From Oopsacas minuta (Eukaryota > Animalia > Porifera), in assembly GCA_024704765.1 (NCBI GenBank), contig JAKMXF010000155.1, positions 248,001 through 312,000 of the forward strand: a stretch of DNA of 64,000 nt, written 5' to 3'. Shown here piece after piece: positions 1-12,773 of the stretch. The notes below the pieces were generated by a model. The model was not told the DNA's origin. It saw only the letters and a list, made by a program, of their open reading frames with translations, and searched no databases. Every line of letters starts with the position of its first letter. Position 1 is the stretch's first letter. The position numbers were made by a program, and so were the translations under genes.

Positions 1-947
1 TTATCCTTGGTGATTGGTGATAGAAAGCACCTTAAATCCAAATAATAGAAAGTTCTTGGCTGTGAAATCGGGATGGGAAGTTACTTGTTGATAAAAGCGG
101 TGGGAACCTGACCCATCTAACCCATCGATATCCGAATCTTAAGTAGTTGGTCATCACTGTTAATGGGAGTATTTGTGAATATTATCCTATTCACTGTGTG
201 AGTGAGTAATCTGTGATAGGAAATGCCAATTTCCAACCGGATACTATCTTTCCACTATTTCCATCTCATCAATTAGACAAATTTGACTACGATGGATTGC
301 GACTCTATTGTAACCAGGTAGTGTGATATCCTCATTAATTAATATACGTCTTAGATCGATGTGTTTTGACTTCCCAATTTCTAATGAGTCTAGTAAGAAG
401 CAAGACGAATCTAAAGAGACTTTCCTGTTGAAATTTCCTAATCCATGACTCCCGGCAATTACATTTTTGCTGATATTAGCGGTGCTAACATCATGTTCTT
501 CCTGTGAATACAACAACAGTAAGTAACTAGAAATCATCTTAGGTGAAATTTCTTCCCGTTGTGCGACAGTTTCCAGATGTAATCTCAGGATGGCTAATCG
601 ATATCGCATACCTTTATTACTTAATTCGCTGATGTGCTTCCGAGATACTCGACTAAAGTCTTCCTCGAATACAATTGTAGATTCCTTGAAGGGTCTATCT
701 TCATTTGAAGACTGTGGAATGTCATCCATTTGAGGATCCCTACAAAAGAACAATTCATCCCAAGTTGCTAAGTCCTTCTTTTTCAAATATATTTTTCTTT
801 CAGACTTAATATTTGAAAAAATTTTCGGCGGAAAAGGTCACAATTGGACTCCTCAAGATTATATTTAGTAATAAACTGACGAGCAATCGTACTAAACGCT
901 TTCTCCGAGTTGGACATATAGAAATTGAAGGCTTCTTTGTTGTTCAT
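1..947 (-). pseudogene. RAG1-core-like (Transib) transposase, N-terminal half, frameshifted
   Basis: ATG at 947 (MNNKEAFNFY), frameshift near 810, then ORF 244-786 with an NBD-like segment (RKHISELSNKGMRYRLAILRLHLETVAQREE) and a DDBD-like segment (LEIGKSKHIDLRR..LPGYNRV). The first catalytic-Asp motif, LKIRIS/DGLDGSGSHRFYQQ, lies at about 60-150. Collinear with 32001-34078. Confidence 0.85.
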
Positions 948-1567
948 TAGGACGGAGTAAAATTGAAACTAATTAATAATCAACCATAAGATAAAATTTG
1001 TTCCTAACATAAGGGCTGTAAATTACGGGACAACCAGTAGAAATAGACGCAAAACTCAATTAGCGCCAAGTTGCGCCAGGCTAGAACTAAGTTTATTTTG
1101 TTTTAAATATAACTTTCTTCAAAATACAATCCATTTTACAACGGGCGACAACAGGCAAAGATAGTTGTGGCATTTCAAACTCAATTGACCAAACATAAAT
1201 TCACCAAAATTATTTGGAATTTCTACCTAGTTTATTCTAAAAGCTAATATTATAATTTCCTAGTCATGTATTTCATTATAATGGCCACATAAAGTACTTC
1301 AATATGACAGGCTACAATTTTCATATACAAAACTAACACACGAATATGTGTCAAATTCCTTTGGCTACTTTGAGAAACCTTGATTTCTGTATTTTCATCG
1401 TGTTGAAGTTACTCATCTATAAACAACTATTGTTCAAAAGTAAGACTATCAAATATCATTACATGCTGTATTTCTGGGTTTCCGAGTATGCTGAATAAGA
1501 TAGGATAATTAGATATCAAAATATCACTGTCAAATATTTCGCAATTTCAACCTGTCGTGCCATTGTG
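1..1567 (-). mobile_element. Transib/RAG1-like DNA transposon copy 1, 5' portion (runs off the left edge of the window)
   Basis: The 5' terminus reads CACAATGGCACGACAGGTTGAAATTG on the minus strand (CATTGTG at 1561-1567). A RAG1-core-like coding region lies at 1-947. Confidence 0.8.
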
Positions 1568-1686
1568 CAGAGCATTAAGCGTTCCTCATTTTTGGAGCGC
1601 GCTTTCGCTTCGCGCTCTTGCACTGAAAGAAAACGCGTTCCAACTTCCGCTTGTTACTCAGATAAGGACTGCACTCCGGATCCTGC

Positions 1687-3833
1687 CCAGGGTCTCTGAA
1701 ATCGTGATCTCGTTGAAAAATATACAGAGCCTAAGAAATTTATAGGTTGGGCATAGAAAATTATGTAAATTACAAAACTCTTATTAAAAAATTTCCATCA
1801 CATGAATTTTTGCAATTCAGTTTTTTTAACTTGGTGTCAAAACTTCATTTTCCAGAATTATTCCGTAAATAAAGGACCATAACAACAAAATTACAAATAA
1901 ATTAGACCATGATATGTAGTTTGTGAAATTGGCCTCACAACTGCTTTGAACACAAATTGAGGGAAATTTTCAACATCTTCATTGCATTTGTATCTATTCC
2001 AGACCTTCAAAAAGGTAGAGTGAGAAGATTCAACAGCTTGTTCTGAGACATACTCCAGACTCTTTCCCGAAGGAGGGTAGTTTTGAACTAGGGTACAATG
2101 TGGCGGAAAACAACATGGACTTTAGTTGAACATGGTAGCCCTGTTCTATTAAAAGTCTCTTCGAATTGATGAATCTGATCAATGTATTCACTTGCAATAT
2201 TTGTCCCGAAGCATGATGCAACCACATCACTAAATATCTTTAGGGAAATGAAGGCAGAGTTTGATGGATGAAAAGCAAGTCAATTACACATCCGAGCAGT
2301 TTACGTTTTGCATTTCCCTCGGATGCATTCCATGGTATGTGCTCTGTTGAATGCTATTATTTCTTAGTAGAGATTTGTACGTGAGTATCTTTTCCTCAGA
2401 CATTGTAGTTAGTATGGCATCATGCAACTTTTGTCCAACTCCTAAGATCAAATGCAACTCTGGACTATTGAATATATCCATTTTATTTTACATGCATTTT
2501 CCTATTGGAGGGAAATCTTCCACGCCCATACAATCAATTGTGTTTCTCGATCAATACTGTAGACCGTAGAAAGTTTGTCGAACATATTTGAGTGTAGAAG
2601 AGACGATTTGCATGTATTCTGGGTCTCGTTAAACCTGGGCGACTATCTCAAGTAGACCAAATGCATGGATACCGCCCCACCACCAAACCGTTTCGAAATA
2701 CAGCCAGCTCTGAGATCAACGGTAAGTGTGACATCATCGTTTGTCAACAATTGCTTATTTTGATTGTTCTGAAACATTCGCTTAAAGTTATAACAATTTT
2801 CAGAGACTTTGCTAACCCAAAGATAGAAAGGTTATCTACAAATTCTCATTCCTTAAACTGAGTACAAGTTTAAGAAAATCTCGTCCATTATTAAGGCCGA
2901 GCTTATATTTCAATCGTTGCAGACTATCGCTTAATGTTTTACCATATAATATTTCTAGTAATGCATTAATCTCATTACATCTTACAACAAAAGTTTCTTT
3001 AATATCAGTTTGATACTTTAATTTACTGTGATCATGACTAACGGAAATGCACTCCATAATATTCATATAGAATTCTTTTTTCTTCTCATAGTAATATCCA
3101 ATTGTTGGACAATCAATTCCTGAGTCTTGCAATACTGAAGACGGTTTTGTAAATTGATTGCTCGACATTTCACAAGTTAATTTTTGTACACTAAACATTT
3201 GCCTGAAGACAATTTTGATCTATAGTTAGGGGTCTAAATACTTTTGTGCATTGTTACCTAATTTTGATAACTTATCAGCTGATTCCCTGAATAACTGTTC
3301 CGAAGTGAGCTTAATATTGCCAACTTTGGCTCAGCACCTACGATAAACCTTAAATTTAGCAACCTCATATGTATCCATAATTGAGTTAAATATGTTTACG
3401 TAGTTGGTAAGGTTGTTTATGTATAAAATTTTATGTTAGCTAATACAATTTGTTGGGTATTATAGTTAATATTTAGTAATGACCACAAATAGTATGATAT
3501 TGTGCATGAATTTGTGAATAAATTGGTTATTAGTTATTTTTTGTTGCAATAATGACTAAAACCACATTATTTTACCGTATACAATTAAATTATTGAATAA
3601 AAACACTATCTCGTAATAATGAAAGATTTCAAATTCCAAACAGCAGAAATCAGAACTAAAGAGTTGACAGCTAATTTAGATACGACTCCATTAAAATCAC
3701 ATTTACAAAGAATCTTGTGATGGAATATTTTCTTCAAAACAAGTTCGAATTCTACCTAAAATTCTGTACCCTACCTGTAAATTTAGCACGGTCCGTATTT
3801 TTTCGACCGAGATCACGATTTCAGATACCCGTG
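1687..3833 (-). mobile_element. Chapaev-like (CMC) DNA transposon, decayed
   Basis: Imperfect TIRs: CCAGGGTCTCTGAAATCGTGATCTCG at 1687 versus CACGGGTATCTGAAATCGTGATCTCG (reverse complement ending at 3833). Minus-strand fragments are KLGLNNGRDFLKLVLSL, GRYPCIW, SPELHLILG, YHG, STKVHVVFRH and SEQAVESSH. No clear TSD. Confidence 0.7.
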
Positions 3834-4244
3834 GGGCTAGAAAATTTCGAATTCGAAATAGATAAACAAATTGAGTCAGGGCAATGTTAAATAACAGTCA
3901 ATAATTCATTCAGGCATATTATCGTATGTATATTCAAATATTCGCCGTATTTCCAGGATTTCCAATTGCATTATTAGTTCTCAGTCAGTCTAAACAAGTT
4001 CAGATGATGCGGACCACCTTGGCTACGCCTCTGAATAGGAAGTATATAATGTGAAGCAACAATATAGAGGTAGGGAAACTATCATGGATGTGAACTATCC
4101 TTGGTTCTGATAATAGAGATAAGTAAACTGTCACCGTAAGGTAGCTGTAATACAACAGGACGAAGGGTGGAATTGTATACCAATTGATATCGTTTAGTTC
4201 CCTAATAAATTTAGTACAGTTTGAGGGGCTGATTAATACGGTAC

Positions 4245-4411
4245 CAGGGGCCCGTAGCCACTGATAAGGTTGGTAAGGTTTCAACCTGACCACTTTTGCT
4301 TACTGAATTCCCAATATGGCACCACTCAGTTAGGTTGGTTAGGCTAACCTGACTTCTCAGTCAGGTTGGTTTGGTTAACCTGACCACTGGAATTTGATTG
4401 CAACGGCCCTG
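4245..4411. mobile_element. 167-bp MITE with CAGGG termini
   Basis: Ends are CAGGGGCCCGTAGC and GCAACGGCCCTG. Three internal AGGTTGGT..AACCTGAC motifs. Flanked by the direct repeat GGTAC (4240-4244, 4412-4416). Confidence 0.55.
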
Positions 4412-5239
4412 GGTACGTACCTCCATGTTGATTGGAATTTTCTCGGCTGTATTGGGGACTATAATTTCTCTTAGCGGCCTTGCTTGGGGTGTATTGTTTA
4501 ATCTGTCGTGATAAACTTTCTGAATATAGACTAAGATTAGGTCAACCAAAATCTTACTTTCGCTCAAAACATATACAACTGGAATCCCTTTACTTCATGA
4601 TATGCTGGTGGTGTAATTATCCAGCTGGGGCCTGGGAGGAGTAGCCCCTGGACGACAAGTCCCATTTATCACAATATTAGTCGCCTTTGTACTGTGGATG
4701 ACTTCGAAATTCGGAATTAATACTTTGAACTGCGTAATGCACATTTGGCATCGAAAGTTACGGTTAACCTATGTAAGTACGTTGCCTAATTGTGTATGTG
4801 AATATGTGGTACACATTCCACAAGGAAATATTCAGAAAAATTCTATAATTATAAGTTTTGTTTCAACTACGATAAATGTTTCATAAGCAAATTCTGTTGT
4901 CTGGCTCATAATAGTTGTACAGGCAAGGCTGGGGAAAGGATCAGGCAGGTCAGGTAATTGCCTGACCACTCGTTGGCTTACCCTTTACATTTGTTTGAGG
5001 CAGCTATGAACACTTAGCATCTTTGCCTGACCATTTATAATTTGCTGCCGCCGAGCCAGAACGAACCACGGCCTTAAAATCTCAAGGAATAAACAATATT
5101 ACTAATGCTTAATCTATCTTGATGAGAAATTATGTGAAAGTCAAGTTATAGTGGTTACTATAAAGCTATATTATTGTGATAATAATATTATGCAAGAAAT
5201 TTTTATGAAAGGTGTATTTATCGAAATTTTAGGTTTTCA

Positions 5240-7382
5240 CATTGCTTTAAGGTGTGTGGATACCAAAAGTACCATTATTTGTGTATTCCATCGATTGTTA
5301 GATCAGAATCGAAACTTCTTCAATAAATCCAAAATACATATTAATCATATTTCATCCCCTAAACAAATGCTCTTGAATCTCCTAAATACGAATGCATTCC
5401 TTAAATATATGAGATTTTACAGTATTATACCAATATTATACTATATAACGGTATAAGTGAAGTATAAGTTAAAAATGTTGTTTCAACATTTTCTTTTGTG
5501 TATATTCGGAGCATCGCGTATCAAACGCCACAAGTAATCTCCCATCATACGTTCGTCCCACTTTCCCTGATATTTCTTTCTCATGACTAACATGTCTTGG
5601 TGGGAAGGTTCACCTTGTTCTTCGCTCACATCTCCCAATTTTGGACTGAAAAAGCCCAAGTGTGAGTGTAAATATTGTAGTTTGAGTGACATTCTACATC
5701 CTTGATTTTGATAACTTGCAATTAAGCTATCAACGAGTTCTTCATAATTTTCTGACTTTCTATTCCCCAAAATCCACTAACTACAAGCCTAAATGCTTGC
5801 CAAGCTCTCTTTTCAACAACATTCATTTTGCTTTCTAACTCGCTACACGCTAACATCCAACTAATTTGAGGCCGAACGAAGATTCCATTTCTTACTTTCC
5901 CTCAGACAGTTTTGGAAACATTGAATGTATATGTTCGAGGGCATCACTATCGGGATTCAGAGATTTGATGAATTGCTTCACAACCCCTAACTTTATGCGA
6001 AGTGGTAGCAACAAAACATTCTCTTGTTGAACAAGAGCATTGTGAATGATGTTGTGTGTTTCTAGAATTAGCTCCTCTCTGACGGGCCAATTTTATTTAA
6101 CGTAGTGCTGGTCATCTGCCCTACTATTTCACAAACAAAGAAAGGAAGCAGGAATGTTTTGTATAACCAGCCTGTAATGCAAGTAGAAATCCTAGCATGT
6201 TGAAGTCGCCACAAACATCCCATTTGTGTGTTTGGTAGTTGATCACCTCCATCATATGTTTCACATTGTTATAATCTTCCCTTAAATGAACTGAGTGAGC
6301 TAGGAGAATTGTTGGAAATTCGTTGCCATTGTGAAGCAAAGCACCTTTTAGACTTCTTGTAGAGCTATCAATGAAGAGACGCCAATGTGAAGGGTTGTAT
6401 TCCACATCAATCTCGTTAAAAAGGCCATCCACATCAAACAGTAACGCAAAGAATTGGAAAGCGAAATTTGTAGAAAGATGCAAAATTATGATGTCGTTTT
6501 CTGTAGATAGATATCTAGACAACTAGGATCAAGTAAACTCCACTCTCTAAGGCGAAATCTAAAAAGCTCCACTTTAGATTATGTCAGACCTAATTCTCTA
6601 ACCAAGTCTAATAGTTCTTGCTAATTAGAAAAGTGTGGTTTCCATGATAAGTCTTCGTCGAAGCTGATACAACCTTCCTCACTAGAAGATATGTACTCAG
6701 GTTCAATAGCTCATTCTTAGAAAGGAGAAATCGGAATTGGCAGATCTTGATTGTGCGATGCTGGGGCAATAGACGATGGAATGTTCGGGTAAACAATATA
6801 TTTTTCTATCTTTTTCTTTTATATTTTGTAATATCTACTATATAAAAGTAGCAGTCATCATGGTGGTTAACTGGTTCTCTCTTAATTCGAGGTATTGCAA
6901 ATGGCATACACCTTTGGGTTCCACGTAGCCATCCTTCTAAGGTGGAACGACATGATCCACAGCAGAAGTGAGGAGACCACATTTTGTCTTGATCACCCAT
7001 TGGCATGCCAAAATAGGCATACTAAGCAATACACAATTTTGTACCGGGTGTTATATTATGCTTGACTTGTCTACGTCCAATGTAGTACCCGCAAACATGG
7101 CAAAACGAATCTGGTGACAGCGTGCAAATTCTACTGGCAGCCATCAACAAACATTATCTGTAGACAACAATTTATCTAAGTATATCAATATTTGAAATGA
7201 ATATAATGTCATGCCATTGTATAATGGGTAATATGAAGCGAAAATCAAAAACGTAGAATTTTGACATTTTTACTAAATTTATTGACGATACATTAAAAGC
7301 ATAGTCAAATTCGAATTCCTCACTTCAGAATCGTCTAGAATACAGGGAAATAACTAAATAAACAAAAAGTTGTTACACTGTG
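5240..7382 (-). mobile_element. Chapaev3-like DNA transposon, decayed (left boundary approximate)
   Basis: 5' terminus CACAGTGTAACA (reverse complement of 7371-7382). Fragments are MAASRICTLSPDSFCHVCG, GDQDKMWSPHFCC, WRLFIDSSTRSLKGALLHNGN, LQAGYTKHSCFL and GCRMSLKLQYLHSHLGFF..VSEEQGE..HQD, all typical Chapaev3 motifs. Multiple stops and frameshifts. Confidence 0.85.
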
Positions 7383-8943
7383 TAAAATGCAATAGAAAAT
7401 TCGAAAAAATAATATATATTTTAGGTAATGGCTGATGATAGTGTGATACAAGCTTGGAAATATATTAGCTATAATAGAAATACAAATTAGTCAAACTATG
7501 ACTGAATAAGACTGCGAGTAATCTACTATACTAGACTAAATGTTAATCTGTTATGGTTGTTCTAGCACGTTGCTAGTCGTCACAATAGTGTAGGTAGGTG
7601 AAGGGTACAACAAATTTAGTCGAAAGAATAGATTCAACTTATCTCAAAGAAGATAATTCTTCCAGCAACAAAATTTTCGGAAAAGATGCCCACTTGTGCA
7701 TCCTAGTTATAAATGGAATGAAACCTGCTATTGCAAGCAGTATTGAAAATTTAGAGTAGTGCCATTTACAAGATCGACCTCGGCGATCCCAAAATTTGCC
7801 TGATATTTCTTACATATTTAACTTGATAGACGATATTATCCTCTGTTCTGTTCAAACGTCGAGAAAATCGTTTATTTGATACAATGAGTTATCCCTAATA
7901 GTGAACCAGTGGGGAATGGGGTTCTAAGCGACAATAGGGGAACCCTGGACAATGAGAGAACTCTAAGTGAACTACTCATACGAGATTTTTGTTTGAACAA
8001 GTGAACAATTAGAAAACCAGGCAAATTCGAGAAGATCCAATGTAATCTATATTACCTACAGATTACAGATGATGATTAATCATGGAAGTTAACTCGTTTG
8101 CATTTAGAAAACCGTAATCTATTCAGTTATTCTTGAAGAAATTTCAACCATAAAATCATAGAATATGTCATCAAGAATTCGTCATGATATGTTACGTCGA
8201 AGGTAATCAATATACCAAATTTGCGACCATTGTGCAATATCCGCCTAGATTTTTTCCTTCCCTAATTTCCGATCTCCTTTCTTTGCCAGAGGGATGTAAT
8301 TATCTAGCCGAAAGGTGGTCAGTATAATTTTCGTGATCAGAATGGTGAAAAGTTGTTCTTGATTCGTTATTACGTATTATGTAGTATTCTCTACAAAATT
8401 GAGTAAATTGATTGCGACAACCGTGAAAAGTCAAAACAAATGCTTTGCATAGTAGAATATATTGCGATTTACAAGGCGATATGCACAACGAGCAACAAGT
8501 TTCAAAATTTTATCAAGAAAAACTTTTCTGTTCTGTTCCGTTAATATGGGAAGCCCAACCGCCCCAAAGTTGAGTATCCATAATGTAATTAACTAATTTA
8601 TGGTGATTGATAGGCTTCCGGATAAGGCTGGCTGAAAGTGGGACATGCTCACCGGCCCATTTTGTTTTATGGTGGAGCTGAATCTGGATTTACGCACGAA
8701 TTTCAGTGTTGGCCAGCGCCCACCAAAAATGACTCCAGTTGGGCCTATGGCTATGGGCTTCAATTCACGGTAAGGAATGGATGTTTCGCATACTTTTTGT
8801 TGAATAAGTTTCAAACATGTTTGTTTGTTGTATATTTGGCATTGTAAATCACAGAATATTGTATCATGACTGTTGTCAACCATTTGTTTGAACTTTCACC
8901 TTGGTGGTTATCAACTATATTAATTTTGTAGCAGTTGAAGAAT

Positions 8944-9500
8944 GTTGATGTTTTAATAGAATCTTTGTAAAACACGTGATGAGAATATTTATTTATATTA
9001 AATACAAACTGAATTTTGTAAACACAAGCATAAAATTGTAAATAAATTTACGTTTTCATAATATCGCCAAGCAACCATAATATTTATACAAAATTTTGAA
9101 AAGATAATTTTTTTAAATATTTGAAAAATTTAAAGTAATTGAAACTACTGACGTGAATTTTCGGGAACCTCCTGGAAATCGCATTATTTTATAGAGAATT
9201 AAAAATGCTATATTATAAAACTCAGAGATAACTTGACAGAACGCGAAAGATGAAGTCATGAAACTTCGAAGTTGAGTAACGATAGAAATATCTAACAGAA
9301 AAATGTGTCTAAACATTTGAGCTATTTAAGGATTTATTATTAGAATTCTGCTTATGTAATCACAATAATAAGAGAATAGTCGAAAATGCAATTGAATGAA
9401 GTCTTTGGAATGTATTAGTTACTTAGATACTGGAGTTTAAGTTCATTGATATAAATGAATACCTGTGGTTTTCAAGAACAATTTCTGAGCAAGAAATTGT
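8944..9500 (+). repeat. Dispersed ~560-bp repeat, copy 1
   Basis: Collinear and roughly 85% identical by eye to 35041-35604. Confidence 0.85.
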
Positions 9501-10329
9501 CAAGGAACCGTAGTACAAGGTGCTCATTTGAATTTTGTGGTGGTATTGGATAATATATAGATGTAATTTTTGGCTTAAAAAGAACAACCAAATCTTAAAT
9601 AAATAGCCCACAGTACGAATGGTGTTCGAAATATATATTTTCATATTAAATACTTGACCCCACCTAATAAATTATGCTTTAAATAAATATTCCTTCAGCC
9701 TAAAGTTAGTACCGAACTGGACATGCTTAAAATAGCCTTATATTGTAAGAATAAATATGTATTCATACTAGTATTCTATATACCATCATGAGAATGTATA
9801 TAACTACTCTAAAAATATCCACTAGTTGCATTTATTATGAAAAGAGTTACCATATTAGAGATGCTCAAGTCATCATATCTTCCTTCTCTTCATTATTTGA
9901 AACGGAAACTTACAGCGTTCAATTATTCTTAGTGATAATCAAAACCCATTTTTTCTCATCGTTAAATAACGTACAGCGGAAGAAATTTTATAGTAATCAA
10001 GCTCTATACAGACGAAACCGGAATAGAAGTAAATGGCCACTTTTTAGCGAGTCCCTTTGATGGCCGTTAAAGACTAGTTTACTGTACTTCCAATAGTAGC
10101 AAGTAGAATAATCTAAAACAAACAACGTGAAATAAGTTATATATTAAGCTTAGTGATATTTCATTCAAGGCCATAACATTATAACTACGAACCCATTAGA
10201 CAGGGTGATACTGACTATATTTAACTCCATGACTGTGTATATCTTCATTGGTGGTAATATAAATTTATACCAACAAACCAAGGAATGGCCTAGAATATAA
10301 TCCTTGCTTAGAGATATATGATCGTAATC

Positions 10330-11420
10330 ATTAAGGAGCAGATTCCTTTCAAAGTCATAGATAGATGAATTAGAATGAGTTGTGGTTGTTAAAGAAATGA
10401 TGTTAAATATTTCGCTTTAGGAGAGATTTCAACTTAATTATTGATTCTGATCTCATCACCTCTTGCAAACTGACCAAAAAGACGGCACCACTCAGTTGAC
10501 GATAATGCGAAACCTCCTCTCAAGTGGATCAGTTTGCAAACGTCAAGTTAATACATAATCATAACCTTCTGAAAGTAAGTCAAGAGATAATTCAGAGATG
10601 GCATAGTTGGTCTGGATTAACACTTTGAATGTTTGCTTAGACAATCCAAATATTCCCGAGTCCTTCCAAGTCATTAGCCAATTATTAAATGAACAAAGTA
10701 ACTCTCTTTTAGAGTCATCGGTAACTAAAGCATTACCTTGAAGGAGAAGTTAATAACTTTCCTTCGAATTGACAAAGAGCCACCAAATGCGAATTAGATT
10801 AAAAAATCCAGGAGTAGCTTCCTCTTTAGAAATAAGCGAAGGGCCCTTATAGTTAATTCTTGGAAAATAGTAAGAGCTAAGAAAACAGATTGTTTGTTAT
10901 TTTCTGAATGAAGTACAGAGTAGTTGATCTTATATGCAGCACGGAGGTGTGCAGATAAGCTTAAGTCTTTCTCGTGAATTGTATGAAAGTGGGACAGTAC
11001 AAATCCTGATTGAAAGGAAATATTGAGATTTGCAGAGTAAAATGGAAGGATGGAATATCAAAAAATTTATTTACTAATAGATTATGCCTGGTGTTTTTGA
11101 TCAGGTGGCAGCTATCAAAGAGAAGATAAATAGACTCATTCGGGAGGTAAGGGTTAATTATCTTATAATCTTTGTCCTGAGCTTGGTAATTCGCAAAGAA
11201 ACGAGTGTGAGCATTCACGTTTGTTGGGTGGTTAACTGAAACGATTGTCCTAATTCTGAACGAGATTGCGTGAGTAATAACAGTAACACCTATCCAGATT
11301 CTGATAAACAATATCACCTGTGTTTTTAATCAACTGAATATCATTGATAATAGTTTGTTTAGGCCACCGAATCCCTAATATTGATATTCGGTTGGTAAGC
11401 GGATATTACCATTCGCTTAA
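10330..11420 (-). pseudogene. P-element/THAP9-like transposase remnant
   Basis: Minus-strand fragments are IVSVNHPTN, IYLLFDSCHLIKNTRHNLL, IRIWWLFVNSK, GLSKQTFKVL and RLQTDPLERRF..YRQLSG. Boundaries approximate; no TIRs found. Confidence 0.8.
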
Positions 11421-12363
11421 TATTTTTCAGTTGAACAAAATATTGAACAATTTGGTTGCAATCTTGAATAAAACACATACTTCGGATCACGAAAATTGGT
11501 GGAATTCAGTATTCTTACCCACACCTAAATCCATTGGATCAGGGAATTCGTTCGGATTAACGAGATTAAGTTTAGCTAGAGATGATTATTGCTGGGTTGG
11601 GAATACCTTTTTCACAAAATTTTTGTAAGTATATATTTTATTACCACACGTTGCCCAATAATAAGATAGTCATCGAACTACATATTCAATTCCTGTTTGC
11701 AAAAATCTCACAATGGGACGGAACAATTCCGATAGTATATTTGAATCCTAAGGCTCTGTGTTACCTCAGTATGAACATTTTCGAAAGGTTCCATCAAATT
11801 TGATTGGCTTAGTAGCAGTTTCATAAATATGCCAAAAGTGGAACACATCAAATATGTATTTGCCACTTCATTAGCTCATTACCTATTCAATGCGTACTAT
11901 GTGGCTAAAATATCGAATTATAAAATTTTAAGGAATTTAGTCAAGATAATGTTAACTACCACAATGATATAGTTCTTTCATGTATTCTATCGTATGGATA
12001 TTCAAAAATTCACCAAATAGCCAGGATATGTAATTGTACATTAGTTTTGTTGAAATAATTATTCTCGGTTAGTGTATTAGTGAGTAGTTCATAGAAATCT
12101 CAGAAACGTATTTATCAGAATACGTAGATTGCGATTTTGACACTAGATAAACTTTCATTCATAAGTTTCTAGTCTATTTACCATCAAGAATAGGCCAATT
12201 ATAGCAGTAGTTCCCTACATTTTTCACCTGTGGATCCCCTATACTTACTTATCTTATTCTGTGGACCCCAAGTTGGGAACGAACCTAATATAGTTTATTT
12301 AGGATGGAAATTTTAGATAGGGCTGAATACTTTTCTCTTGGCAGGGTAGAATGTACTAACAGG

Positions 12364-12498
12364 CTTCGCTTGCATTGTCACTGCGCGACAGCTTTGTGCT
12401 TCCGATTTAGCGTATGTATGAAACACCAAATTTTTACATTCTCTTGGTCGCGACCCAACGGAAAGTACTAAGCACTATGCGCTTCGAGGTTGAATTTT
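12364..12498 (+). repeat. Short dispersed repeat family (~130 bp), copy A
   Basis: Aligns by eye with 26581-26680 (minus), 27384-27480 and 41253-41385. Shared motifs are GTCRCT..GCGAC and AAGCACTA. Confidence 0.6.
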
Positions 12499-12773
12499 AG
12501 CTGATATATTAAGAATTTATATCCATTGTACAATTACAGGCAACATCTGGTAACTCCTAACCTCAAGGGAAGTCAAAATCCTATCGAGATAGCGAATGTT
12601 CAAGTTAAGAGCTGAAATATTTCCAACTAATTCTGTTTTTTGTGATCACGATCTCAAATTGAATTTATAAATTGCGCTGTCCTGCTTATTCGCCAAACAT
12701 CCCCCATGGGTTAACCTTTTCAAATTTCAATTAATACATTATGCATCACCAAAGATTAAATGGCTCAATTGAC

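Noticed and set aside
8593-8883. 96-aa ORF, and the many other 60-100-aa ORFs in the track
   Set aside because: No recognisable motifs. Most are antisense or off-frame to transposase remnants or use non-ATG starts.
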